From the NCBI GenBank assembly GCA_965644315.1, contig CBFFRQ010000056.1, positions 310,001 through 374,000 on the forward strand: a DNA stretch of 64,000 nucleotides, in the 5' to 3' direction. A program made the position numbers and the translations under genes. Numbering within the stretch: position 1 is the stretch's first letter; every line of letters begins with the position of its first letter. The notes beneath the pieces were generated by a model. It worked only from the letters and a program-made list of their open reading frames with translations. It did not search any database and was not told the origin of the DNA. This document shows positions 11,828-23,500 of this stretch, one piece after another. The stretch is from Caecitellus pseudoparvulus (lineage: Eukaryota > Protista > Bigyra: Bicosoecida).

Positions 11828-14531
11828 ATGGCAGCTGTGCCAGAGGCGCGTGGAACGGAGGGTGGTGTTGTGAAGAGCGTTGTGCTGTCGCCCACAGCAG
11901 CATCTGGATGTTGCTGCCCAGTGCATGGCTGTGGGGGGTTTCATGCCGCATTCGTATGCGGTCACAGGGTGTGCATGTTGAGTGATGAGGTGTGTCCAAT
12001 TTCCGCAGGCACGCAGGATCGCACCATGCAAGCGTGCTTAAACTAACTCCGTGCATTCATCACAGAGCCGCCAAATTAAGTGGTCAAGTACACCTTGTGT
12101 GTCTCAGTACACCTGCATCGACAGCTGGAAGACAGCGGGACTAGCAGCGGGCAGGCGTGACGGCAGCGTGGACGTCTGGTTTGCTGTTGGAGGCGACAGC
12201 TACAGTGGGCCTCCGCACGTTGACAGTCCGGCATGCTCTGTTTCCCTGGGCCCAGCTGCCGTGATTGCGATGTGTGCTGTATCTTTGCCTGGTGGGCCCG
12301 CCCTCATCGCAAGCACTCAGGACGGGAGCCTTCACTTTGTGCAAGCGGATGCAGCCAAAGGCACTGCAGAGGTGTCGTTCGTGCACTCTGTCGGCGCCGG
12401 CAGGAAGGGGGTGGTGTCACTTGCAGCAAATTGCTTGCTTGGCGTGGAAGGGTCAGCTCTCATTGCAGGGGGTTGCATGTCGGGGGAGGTGCAGGTGCTT
12501 GTTGCCGATGTTGCGGCAGGTCGCTTCCAGCCTCTGGGGTGCTTGGTCGGGCACTCGGACTGGGTGCGATCTGTTCACTGGGGCGCTAGAGATTCGACAG
12601 ATGACAAGGGGGCCTTTTTGCTGGTTAGCGGTGGCCAGGATTCCCGCATTCGTGTGTGGGTGGTGACGCCAACTCCGCCTGGAGCTGCGAGCCCAGACCC
12701 TCACCGCGCTGCTACTGCTATAGCAGGCGCGGACATGAGTCTGCTGTCAGCATCTGCGGTGGACCTAGCCGTTCCTGACATTGCCCCAGCACTGTTCACT
12801 CGTCAATCTGCCCAGTCCTGGGGCTGCACCGCCGTGCTTGACAGCGTCATTTCTGGCCACGAAGACTGGATTACGTGCGTGCGGTGGTGGCCGTGCCCTT
12901 CTCAATCTGCTTCTCAGCGGATCATATCTGTCTCAGCTGATAAGAGCTGTGTGTTGTGGGATGGAGTGGTTGGGAAGGGGGAGGCGCCATGGCAGCCGTC
13001 TGTCCGCGTGGGGGGCATCTCTGGCCGCGCGACAGGGATTGCCGGGTGTGCCGTGAGTAGCGACGGTACATCGCTCGTCACCCACGGGCATGCTGGCGAC
13101 ATCCACTTGTGGAGACTGGACCAGGCAGATCCCACAGCCTCCACCTGGGACCCGGTTCCTGTCCCGTGTGGGCATTCAGCAGCGATCAATGACATGCAGT
13201 GGGACCAAGAAGGCGCTTATCTGTTGTCGGCATCCAGTGACAAGACTGTCCGTGCTTGGTCTCACGTGAAGCCGTCTGCTGAGGTCGCGGCCCGGTCCTT
13301 GCATGAAATTGGCCGCCCGTTGGTGCACGGCCATGAAGTGCGGGCCATCTGCCAGCCGCGAGGAGCAGTGCCAGACCATACCCTAGTCGTCGCAAGCGCA
13401 GAGAAAGTGTTGCGAGCTTTCAACGCCACCCAGGCATTCCTAGCTCACTTGCGGGGCAGTGCGGGGGAGGCGACCAAGCCAGAAGACGCCTGGCTGTCCC
13501 CGGGCTTGCCACGCCCATACGGAGCGCTGGTTCCCGAGCTCGGGCTCTCTGTGCTGGCAACTGGGGGTCCAGCGGATGGGAGCAGTCCAGCTCCTGCCCC
13601 GACGGTGGATGATGTTGAGGCCCGGCTCGCAGTTGAGCAAGAGCTCAAGGACGCTGCCCTCCAGGGGCGGGCCGTGCCGGCACATGCAGCAAGCAGCACC
13701 CCACAGGCTACCAGGCATGCTCCTGAAGCGACTTTCACGATTCCTGAGCGCCAAACTTACGGGCTGCCCACTGTGGATGAGTTGATGAGTGAAGGTCAGT
13801 GGGTTGAGTCGCGCAAGCTGTACGCGCATGGGAACGACGTTGTCGCCGTCGCGGCGTCTCCATGCGGCAGAACAATTGTCAGCACATGCGAGGCTCGGTC
13901 TCACGAACATGCTCAAGTTCAAGTCTGGGATTCGGCCTCCTGGAGTCCACAGTGCCGAGTGGGGGAGCACACAGGCACTGTGGCCAAGCTGTGCTTCTCC
14001 CCCTGTGGACGGCTTCTGGCAGCTGTTTCAAAAGACAGGCATGTGAGCTTGTTTGCCCATGAACCAAATGCCTCTGGGTCTGGTCGTCTGACACAGTTGG
14101 CGCGGTTTGCAGGCCACAAGAGGGCTGTGACTGCAGTGGCGTGGAAGGCTGTCGCGGGTCTCAGGCTGGTTACAGGTTGCCGGGGAGGGAAAGTCAAGAC
14201 TTGGTTAATTGAGGGCCTGCCTGAGGATCCAGCAGCCCCTTTGAACTTGGAAGTGCTGAAAGTCAGTGCCGGGCCCCAACTCCTTGCTGTGCGCAAGAAA
14301 GAGGTGGCGAGCCTCGCGTGTGCTCCGGCTTGCCTTGGCGGGTTCCTTGCTGTAGGGCTGGACAGTGGTGAGACGTGGCTCGTTGAAGGTGTCGACAGTG
14401 CTACTGCAAGGTGCTTGGATGTAGTGGGCTCGTCGGGACCCGCAGTCACAGCTTTGGCTTGGCATCCTTCCGAGCCTGGTACCCTTGCCATCGGCGACGC
14501 TGAGGGGGCCCTCGCCCTGGTGGCCTGTTGA
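11828..14531 (+). CDS. ELP2: Elongator complex protein 2 (WD40); exons 11828-11989, 12066-14531
   Basis: WD40 repeats (GHSDWVRSV, GHEDWITCV, GHSAAINDMQW) plus ELP2-type motifs HEIGRPLVHGHE, AEKVLRAF, GALVPELGLS and WVESRKLYAHG. Confidence 0.88.
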
Positions 14532-14670
14532 GCAGCGGCGGGCCTGCCTCCCTGCTACTCGAGCCGCTTCACATTTCAAAATCCACCCCTTACATGCCCA
14601 CTCACACCCTGCTTAAGGCTTTAGCTCAGTGGACGAACCGCCAAAACTCGATGTGACTGGCGCAAACGCT

Positions 14671-14680
14671 CAATTTCCGC
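14671..14680 (+). promoter_or_regulatory. CAATTTCCGC candidate core-promoter/5' motif (representative copy)
   Basis: The exact 10-mer occurs at 8 positions, mostly near gene starts. This copy ends 1 nt before the PCYT2 ATG. Confidence 0.5.
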
Positions 14681-14681
14681 G

Positions 14682-16176
14682 ATGGCCCAGACAACCGAGA
14701 GTGCACGGTGGAAACCCGAGACAGTGGCGGCGGCAGCAGCTGCAGCCGTTGGACTGACGGGGGTTGCAGCAGCTGCGTACTTCTGGAAGCAGAATGCTGC
14801 CTTGTCTGCACGGCTACGAGACGCTGAAGAGGCTGAATCTCTGCGCTCACGTGCCCTTGCGAACGGCTTGGCCGCTGGTGTTGACACCCCGCCCGGAAAG
14901 AAAGTCCGGATTTACATGTGAGGGGGGCGAAACCACTGCAGCCGCGCAATGTATGGAGCGCGCGCACCGTTGGCTGCCTTTCCTTACAGTGACGGGTGCT
15001 TTGACTGCTATCATTTCGGACACAGGTGCGGCACAGCTGTTCGGACAGCAAGCGTCGCAGCCAAGTGGGCGGGCATCCCCCCACTGCGTGCCGTGCCCCT
15101 TGCGCAGCAATGCCCTGCGACAGGCCAGGGCTGTGGGAGATGTCTTGCTGGTTGGCGTTCACACGGACAGCGAGGTGCAGCGAATCAAGGGCTCGGCACC
15201 TGTGACCCCTGAGCAAGAGCGCTACGCGGCCCTCCGAGCGTGCAAGTTTGTGGATGAAGTGATCGAAGGGGCCCCATACGTGCCGACAAAGGAGTGGATT
15301 GACACGCTGCGGTCTCAGTACGGAGTGGATTACATCGTGCATGGCGACGATCCATGCTTCACGCCTGATGGCCAGGACGCGTATGCGTACGCGAAGGAGC
15401 TGAATATGTTCAAGATCGTCAAGCGCACAGAGGGAGTGAGCACTACGGACTTGGTGGGTCGCATGCTGCTCATGACCCGTGAGCACCACGTTCACACTCC
15501 CGTGGACCCGGCCGCCAGCGGGGACTTCAAGCGACTGCGCTCGGCCAGTTGGGCAGATGAAGCCACCACCACTGCTGGGCAGTCACACTTCTTGCCCACA
15601 GCTCGGAGGATCAGGCAGTTTGCAAGCGACCGCGTTCCCACGAAGTCAGACAAGGTTGTGTACCTGCCTGGGGCATTTGACTTGTTCACAGAGGGGCACA
15701 TCCAAGCAATGAAAGCTGCCAAGGCGCTTGGAACCTTCCTCGTCGTGGGCGTTTACGACGACCAGACGGTCAACAAGGTTCAGGGTGGCGGACACCCAGT
15801 CATGAACCTCCATGAACGGAGCCTTTCGGTGCTGGCATGCCGATACGCGGATGAAGTGATCATCGGCGCCCCGCGTCACGTTACCGAAGACCTGCTCACC
15901 AGCATGAATGTGAGCGTCGTGGCACATGGCACTGCATCCGAAGGCAAGTACCTTGAGAGTTTTGGACAAGGCGTGGACGCCCCAGACGACCCCTTCTTTG
16001 TGGCGAAGAAAGCGGGAAAGTTCCACGTCTTTGCTTCCCCTTCCTCCATGCTGGTCACGACAGTCATCGAGCGTGTCATGGCACACCGTGAAGAGCTTGC
16101 GGCCAAAGTGAAGCGCAAGGCCAAGGCAGAGTCGTCATACTACTCCAATACGAAGACTTATGTCAGTGAGGGGTAG
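14682..16176 (+). CDS. PCYT2: Ethanolamine-phosphate cytidylyltransferase; exons 14682-14917, 14990-15025, 15108-16176
   Basis: Spliced sequence reads KVRIYIDGCFDCYHFGHSNALRQA (HxGH) and KRTEGVSTTDLVGRML. A second CT domain has GAFDLF..GH and MNLHERSLSVLACRYADEVIIGAP. There is an N-terminal hydrophobic anchor. 447 codons, in frame. Confidence 0.95.
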
Positions 16177-16184
16177 CTCTCAAT

Positions 16185-18111
16185 TCATGCTGGCGAGCTA
16201 TGCCGATTGGATGCAACAAGCGGGACAGCGAAGAAGCGCCGCTTGAATGTTCCCCGCGCCCCCGTTCCCCCTCCCAGACTAGTCTTGATCAGGGCAAGTT
16301 GCGTATTTTGACTTTGTTCGACCCCACCGGCGTCTCCACATGCCGCTTCCTTGGGTGTCGATGCCTCTTGGCGAACACCGGCTTCAAGTTCAGGCTGTCC
16401 ACGACCAAGTTGCAGCTGCATACTTGAGGGCAAAAGGGGCTTTCTGGCGGGCGAAACATGGCGTGGAAACCGATGAAGACTCCCCGCTTGGGGCACCCTC
16501 TGCTCCTCAAGCTGAAAGTCAGCCCTGAAGGGAACACTTGCAGTGCACTGCTCTCGATCACCCGCCTCAAAACGAACGAGCACGGACCCTCGCACTGTGG
16601 TAGCAGGCTGCGTGCCTAAGACCATGACGACCAAGGCTGCGTTTATGCCACGTGCAATGTGCCCTGTTGATTGCCTGAGGTGCAGGCGCACTCCTGGTGG
16701 CGGGCAAGCCCGAAGGGAAGCTCGCACCCTCGCTGGGCGCTTGGACAGGTTCTTCACAGCAAGCTGTCCTGCAAAGAGCACCCCTACAGGAATCACACCA
16801 AAGTCCATGCAGTCTGTTGAGAGTGACATTAGATTGCTGGGGCTGTCAGACTGTGAATCTGTGCTCGGGTCAGCCTTTGAGGTGTTCGTCGCATGGAGGC
16901 CCGACATGCTGTTTCGCGCTGTCCAAGCGGTGGCACCAGGATGGAAATCCCATTGCCTCTTTGCTGAGCATGGTGTCACATTCTCAGATGCGTCAGCCGC
17001 CTTGTCTGACGTCAAGGCGGCCCGCCCCTCATGGCCAACATCAGTGGCAACGCCCACGGGTGAGAAGGGGGCGCGCGAAAAGATGAGCTGCGGCGCACAT
17101 TTTTCTGAGCCTATAACATACTGGGCTGACTCAGTTGCCCCGTGCTGGCTGTCACGCGCCAACTCTGCAATATCCTCGGCACTCTGGCGCTCAGGTGTTG
17201 CCGGGGACCAGCATCCGTTTCCTGAGTCTGTGAGGTTGGGTGCCGTGGAAGGATTTTTGACAGGAAACGCAAACGACCCCTCATACTGTGACAGTTGGAA
17301 TCCAGGACTCTTGATTTTTGGAGCTGGCGGCGATGGCGCTGCCTGCGAAGCGCTAGTTGATGCGGCAACATGAAGGTTTGTGTCCAGCAACGCAGGCTCC
17401 GCTTGCGACGAAGCTACCTCCCACCATGAGGATGCAGGTGCATAGTGGGCGCTCTCAACGCCGCCGTGGGTCGATGCAGGCGTACTGAGCAGGCCTGACC
17501 GAGCTGTGCGCTCTGTGCGTTGAGTCGTAGCCAAACATCGTGCTTGTTTGGGCCGCTGCAGGGCACGGCTACGAAGAGTACCCTGTTCGCTAGGCGGCTC
17601 CTCGTCCCCGTGTTCAAGAAAGTTCCTTCTTTTCAAGCCTTTAAGGGCTTCAGTGCTTGCATGCAGGAAGGTCCGTGCTTGGCGTATGAGTGTCGGGCTG
17701 TGGAGGGCGCCTTGTGTGGGAAAGAACCCCTCCTGTTCTACCAGAAGCGACGTCCCACCCAAACCATGAAACGGATCAGGTAGTGCCAGCTTTGGAATGC
17801 GCCCAGCTGCCGTGCTTTGGGGCTCGGGAGCGACCACCTCCTCAGGCTCGTCCACACTGCAGCTAAGCCATGCGCTGCTTTGCTGCAAGTGCTGCACTTG
17901 CTCAACAGGCTGCGATAAGCTATCAGCAGCGGATTCTCGCTCATTTTTGCCCCAAGCTGACCCATTTATAGCCCCCCTTGAGTGCTGGCTCGTCTTGAGT
18001 CCGTGCTGAAGCGTGCCTGCCGCGGAGAGAGAAGTGGGGTCAAATGGGAGAGGGCAAATGCGAAGCCAAGGAGGAGGACATACCCAGATCCGGCTCAGAG
18101 TCACATTTCAT
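16185..18111 (-). CDS. Hypothetical protein with C-terminal ASH/PapD-like Ig fold (possibly ciliary); exons 18111-18084, 18016-16185
   Basis: LSLSTDCMDFGVIPVG...LAVKNLSKRPARVR resembles the ASH/MSP-domain pattern. A GTATGT...GGCAG intron gives MKCDSEPDLGTLQH in frame. Confidence 0.6.
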
Positions 18112-18294
18112 GGGGCCCCGAAAATGCAAGCTGGAGGCAAGTTGTGAAGCTGCTTTGGTTCTTCGCAGCCCTCGCCTCTCGTCCAGAGACTGGTGTCGAA
18201 AATCACTGCCCACGCCTTTGAGCGAGTCGGACGCCACAGGGCTGAACTTGCTCAAGACCTGCATATGAGAGAGCCAAAAGTGCAATTGAAACGC

Positions 18295-18660
18295 ACCCTT
18301 ACTCGTGCCTCGGTAGGTGTTGATTTGGAATGCAGGCAACGCACCTGTTGCTTCAGGCGCCGTTCCCGCGTTGAGCGTTCCAGCGTCCGTGGCGGGAGAG
18401 TCCCGTAAGCAAGGTATTGGGGGTTCGAATCTGGGAGGAGTGAAAGGTTGGTGTCACTTTTTCCGCGTCGCCGAGTTCAACTGTGCCCAAGACCAACCTT
18501 CCTGTGAGCCATGCCCTCCTCGAGTGGAGTCACGCACAGCTGCACGAGCAACAGCAGCCCGCTCATCGCTCGGAGAAGACCGTCGCGGACGCCTAAAATT
18601 CATGGATGCAAGTGTCACAAGCTAGCTGCTAAAAGGTGCACGGGCTTCCTGGGTGGTCCC
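18295..18660 (+). ncRNA. Candidate structured ncRNA (unidentified)
   Basis: Hairpins (GCAAC/GTTGC, TCCCGC/GCGGGA, AGTGA/TCACT), a B-box-like GGTTCGAATC at 18422-18431 and T5 at 18458-18462, within an unusually long intergenic region. No family identified. Confidence 0.2.
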
Positions 18661-19365
18661 GGCAGCTGCCAGCGTTGCGACTTCGTGAGTGTGCTCAAAA
18701 ACCGCACCGCGGGCCAGAGCAGCAGCGAAGCAATGCCCCCGATGTGGGCCGGGCTTCGAAACGTAGTAACTGAGCGGGTGCCCCCTCACGTCTTGTGCCT
18801 AGCTGTCTACTCTCGAACAGCACCCATGAAGTTTGTGGCGAACGTGGGACTGCAGACTCCAGTCACTGGTTTTCTTCCTCTTGCACAGCCCACTTGGGCC
18901 AGCGCCTGGCTAGGAGAGCACCCAACCACACCCACTCACCCTTCTCGTGTGCTGGCGTGTAAAGACCAAGTTTTTGCGTGCCCACACTGCCTTCCTCGAG
19001 CAGCGGGCCGACGGTGTGCGTGTGTGGGGATGGGCACAACCTTTGAGCAGGGTCATGCTCGGGAAGAGCTTCAACTCAGAGCCCATGGCATTCCCACAAA
19101 GAGTAGTGCATCAAAGCACATTTTGCACCAACCTTCGAAGAGAGCGCTGCACCCGCTTTGGACCGCCGGGAAGTGCACCTACACATTGCTCGGGCATTCT
19201 CCCTGGGGAGCTGGTTCGAGATGCATGTGCAGCAGGCTGGGATGCAAGCCTGCCTATTTCAAAATTTGACCCTGTATCCATGACAACGTACAGACTTGCG
19301 AAATATGATTAGGCTTGCTGATTTGTGCGACCTAGCTTCGAAGCGTCAGGGTTTCTGTGTTTGCC

Positions 19366-20567
19366 ATGATCAATTTCCGCGCCCTCGCAACACCAGCGGT
19401 GCGGGCAGCGCACCGCCACATTGGGTTTTCCACGGCGGCGGCTCGTGCCATTGACGTGCGAAGTGATACAGTGACCCAGCCCAGTGCCGGCATGATTATG
19501 GCAATGATGGACGCGCGGACGGGTGGGAAAGCGCGACCGGGTGCTGCTGCCCGCCTGGCTCCTGGTACGCCCTCCTTTGCTGCCTTGCAGGAGATGATGT
19601 CTACGGCGAAGACCCCTCCATCAACGAGTTGTGTCGAGTGGCTGCAGAGACTCTTGGGAAGGAAGCGGCCCTGTTTGTTCCTTCCGGGACGATGGGCAAT
19701 CTGGTCAGCTTGGCTGCCCTTGCAAGTGGCAGCGGCCTCGGGTCCGAGGTGCTGGTGGGGGACGAGTCACACATCTACCACTACGAGCAGGGGGGCATGA
19801 GCACCTTGCTGGGATTATCGCAGCACGTCGTTCGCACTGCCCCAGATGGAACGCTTCCGCTTGAGGAGGTGGCAAAGGCCTGCCGGCCAGATGATGCACA
19901 CTACGCTCGAACCACCGCGGTGGCTGTGGAAAACACACACAATCGGTGCGGCGGGCGAGTTCTACCTCTAGAGTACATGCAAGACCTTCGGGACCTGGCA
20001 GATGAACGCAGCTTGAGCGTGCACGTGGACGGAGCACGCCTGTTCAATGCTGCTGAAGCCTTGAGCGTCCCGGTGTGGAAGCTCGCTTCCTGTGCAGACA
20101 CTGTGACTGTGTGCCTGTCCAAGGGACTGGGGGCGCCCGTCGGATCCGTCGTTGCGGGAAGTGCCAGCTTGATCGCGCAGGCTCACCGCACGAGGAAGAT
20201 GCTGGGGGGGGGCATGAGGCAGGCCGGCTCACTCGCAGGCGCCGGCCTTTTCGCTCTGCGTGAGAACGTTAGTGGACTTGCGCGAGACCACAAGAATGCT
20301 CGCATGATGGCGAAGCTGCTGGGCGCGTGCAAGTTCATTCACGTGGACGCTGCAGCTGTTGAAAGCAACATCGTCTACTTCGACGTGCCTGGTCTGGACG
20401 CGGAAGCTGTTGTGTCCGCCGCAAAAGCTGAGGGAGTCTTGCTGAGCTCTTATGGCACGAGCCGACTGCGACTGGTCACTCACCTTCAGGTTTCTGACAC
20501 TCAGGCTGAGCGAGTAGTGGACGTGTTGGTGAAGGCTGTGGAGGAGGTGGCGCAGCAGCAGCAGTAG
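19366..20567 (+). CDS. Low-specificity L-threonine aldolase (PLP-dependent, GLY1/LtaE family), probable mitochondrial presequence; exons 19366-19522, 19591-20567
   Basis: IDVRSDTVTQP...G|DDVYGEDP, ALFVPSGTMGN, ENTHN, HVDGARLFNA, CLSKGLGAPVGS (PLP lysine), RKMLGGGMRQAG. Confidence 0.95.
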
Positions 20568-23500
20568 GTGTGACAGCATCCCTGTCGCTATCCCGTTTGA
20601 TCATGTCCTCAGCCAGTTGTAGAATGCGCCCAGGGTGCCCACCCACAGCAGCTGCCATTCGCTGAGCGTGTTCGAATGAAATGCCATGATGCTTCACAAG
20701 CTTGGCGCCCAGTCGCTTCCCTAGCAGCCTGCCCGCTGCCTGCGGCGGCAGCCCTCCCAGCGAGTACAGCGTTTCCCCCTCTGCCATTGCTTTGTCTTTC
20801 GTGTGGGGCATCTTCCCATCATCGGTGGAGAGCTGCACCTCTGCTGCCTCCCTTGAAAACCAAGCTTGGAGGACTGGGGCACGGCTCGTGCACAAAAAGT
20901 GCACTCCATGGCAAGCAGTCAGAATATCCACGAGGCAACGCTCCAACCAAGCAGGCGGGGCGTCGTGCGCATCATCCAATACAATGAGCGCTCGAGCAGA
21001 GCGAAAAATGCCTTTGATCATGCGATGTATAGACCTTGAGGACATCCACTTCGTGCCGGGCTGCTCCTCACGTGCAGCTGGCACGGATTGCCTGCGCTCA
21101 CTCGGCCGTGGAGGTGGCGATGGCCCCGCGCCACGGGGGCCTGGCGACGTGGCGCGTGGGCTGAGTCGTTGGCGGCGCCTTTTTCGTCGTCTTCTGCGCT
21201 CATGCGCCGCACTGTGCAGCTGCACAATGCTAGGATTGGTTGTCCACTCGATTGACGCGCCTGTGAGTCCACCGCGAAGCTCGGTACCATCTGAAATGCT
21301 TGCGCTTGCATCAATCATGTGCTGGGCCAAGCGGGCTCGAGCAATCGATTTCGTCACGGCTCCTGCCAGGGGAACAAAAAACACTCCATCATGGAACACT
21401 TGCCGCAAGGCACATGCATGTGCAACCGCTGCAGCGAGGGCTGACTTGCCGACCCCTGCCTCGCCAACGACTGACACAAGTCGACTTTGCGCAAGGAGCG
21501 ACAGGACTGCCTGAGTGCTTGTGTTCCGGCCACCGAATGCCCTAGGCAAGGCAGGGAGAGCCTCTGTCAGCTTTGAAAAGGTCGGCTCGCCGAGATCACT
21601 GAGGCCACCAGCCAAGTATTGCACAGGCTCCGGCAGCAGGCACTGCTGTTGCTGCTCACGCAGGCTCCACTGGCGAGAAAGCACGGCCCAAGAAGCTCCA
21701 AGTGACAGTTTCGGGGTGTCTTTGAATAAACAGGAGTGATGGCACCCACTTGGTGCTTGGTCTTCATGGGGTAGCAGCATGAACAAGCTGGCTTCAGCCT
21801 CTCCTGCAGATTTCATGTTCAGTCGCACAGATTGCCGTCCAGCTTCAAAAGAAGCGGCCACAGGCCAGCCTGAAGCAAGTGCAGCATAAAACGCCGTCGA
21901 AAAGCGAAGCGAGGCTTCGTCACTGACCTTCTTTCCATTCTGAATGCACACGACGTGCTGGATGCCCGCGCCCGCTAGAGCGTCGCCAATCCACTCAGAC
22001 GAACACGCTGCTAGATACACCAAAGACGGACGGTGTGCACTTGTGTCATGTGAGCCTTTCAAGGGCAGCAGCAGTTTATCCAGGTCGCTCTTTCCCACCA
22101 TGTGAGCTTCACCCTGAGCGTTCTCCAACGCCATTCGGCTGGCATCGGCATGGCAGCACAAGTGCAACACAGTCGCACCAGAGTGCAAGGCATGCTGCAG
22201 CGTCTCCATCGTCATGAAGTGAGCTTTAAACCTGATCAGCCTGGCAGCTTTGCTCAAGCCAGCATGCACGGCTGCTCGCTCTGCGCTGATGCCCAACTGG
22301 GCGAGCTCAATGACGTGCCTGGAAGAAGGCTTCAGCACCAATGGGCTGGCAAACAGCCCAATAATCACGTGATGTGCATCGACGAGGTGCGTGTGGACGT
22401 CAACTGCGCTCAGGGGGTTCTTGATGGTGGCCGGGGGCAGAGCACCTGCGGCTGCCTGTAGGGCGGGACTTGTTGGCTCGGGCACGCCAATTGTTGCAGA
22501 TGAAGAAAACCCGACACTCTCCTGCGTCTCACGCGGCACAGCACAGGCTGAAGGACCTGGCTTTGTCCTCAGGACTGCAGTCGGTGTTTGTGCCGCCAAA
22601 AGACGGGTGGGGTCTGCAAGGTCAGTGGCTTTGCTCGATGCGGCGTCACTTGCCGCTGCCTGATGCCTCTGCCGGTTGCCTGCGAGGATGCTGAGGACTC
22701 CTGGTAACTCCATCATATGGAGTGAAGAGTTACCAGCCACATGGCAAAACCAAAGCGTCCCAGGAGATGCATGCAGCGCAGACTGCAGCGCAGGCAAGAA
22801 CCCAGCCGGCAAGAGGTTATTCGACAAATCCATCTCGAGCAGCTTCGGATTGGTGCGGATCACTTCAAGCAAGGCACGAGACGCTGACCACGACGCAATC
22901 CCATTGGCTGCGAGGTCCAAAACCGAGAGTTGGGGCAGTCCAGAAAGTGCCTGTGCGCTGGTGTGGGCTCTCCACGCAGCTGCGGCTGGCTTCAGTACCT
23001 GCAAACAGCTTGATGACAGAAAGTCGCACAAGCCGACGATGAACGCATCCTCCAAACTGTTCAGAGCCATGTGGAGAGCCTTGAATGTGGTCATGCCCAG
23101 CAAGCCTGTGCTGCAAGTCAGCTCGCGCAACGTCAGCAACCCAGCACCGACGGCATTTCGAGACAGATCGAGACACTGCAGCCTCCCAGACGCGGCGACT
23201 GCCTTCAGGATGGCTGCACAGCCTGTGTCACCGAGCATGCAGCCGCTCAAGTCAAGTCGAGTAAGAGCAAGGGACACGGTCAAGCAGTTCAAGCTTGACG
23301 GCAGGCCTTCACTGGCCGCATTGACTTGGTTGTGAATGCAAATATCACAGCCACTAGTAACGTTTTCGAGGAACCTGACACGTCGCCGAGTGTGCATCCC
23401 GGCGGGACTGGCCAGCTCCACCTCTGTGAAGCTGTCCAGAGCTCCCAGGCGTGCCGCAGCCGTGCCGTCGCAACTCGCAGAAGCCAATCTGTCCAGGGTA

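Noticed and set aside
18295-18302. ACCCTTAC as a telomerase template
   Set aside because: Only ~1.3 repeats of a non-standard unit; the telomere sequence is unknown; expected by chance.
18415-18440. tRNA suggested by GGTTCGAATC
   Set aside because: The T-arm stem does not pair beyond 1-2 bp, and no D arm, anticodon arm or acceptor stem could be built.
18511-19312. ORFs of 252 and 121 aa in the long intergenic region
   Set aside because: No motifs, Cys/Arg-rich shadow-like composition, and no convincing splice model.
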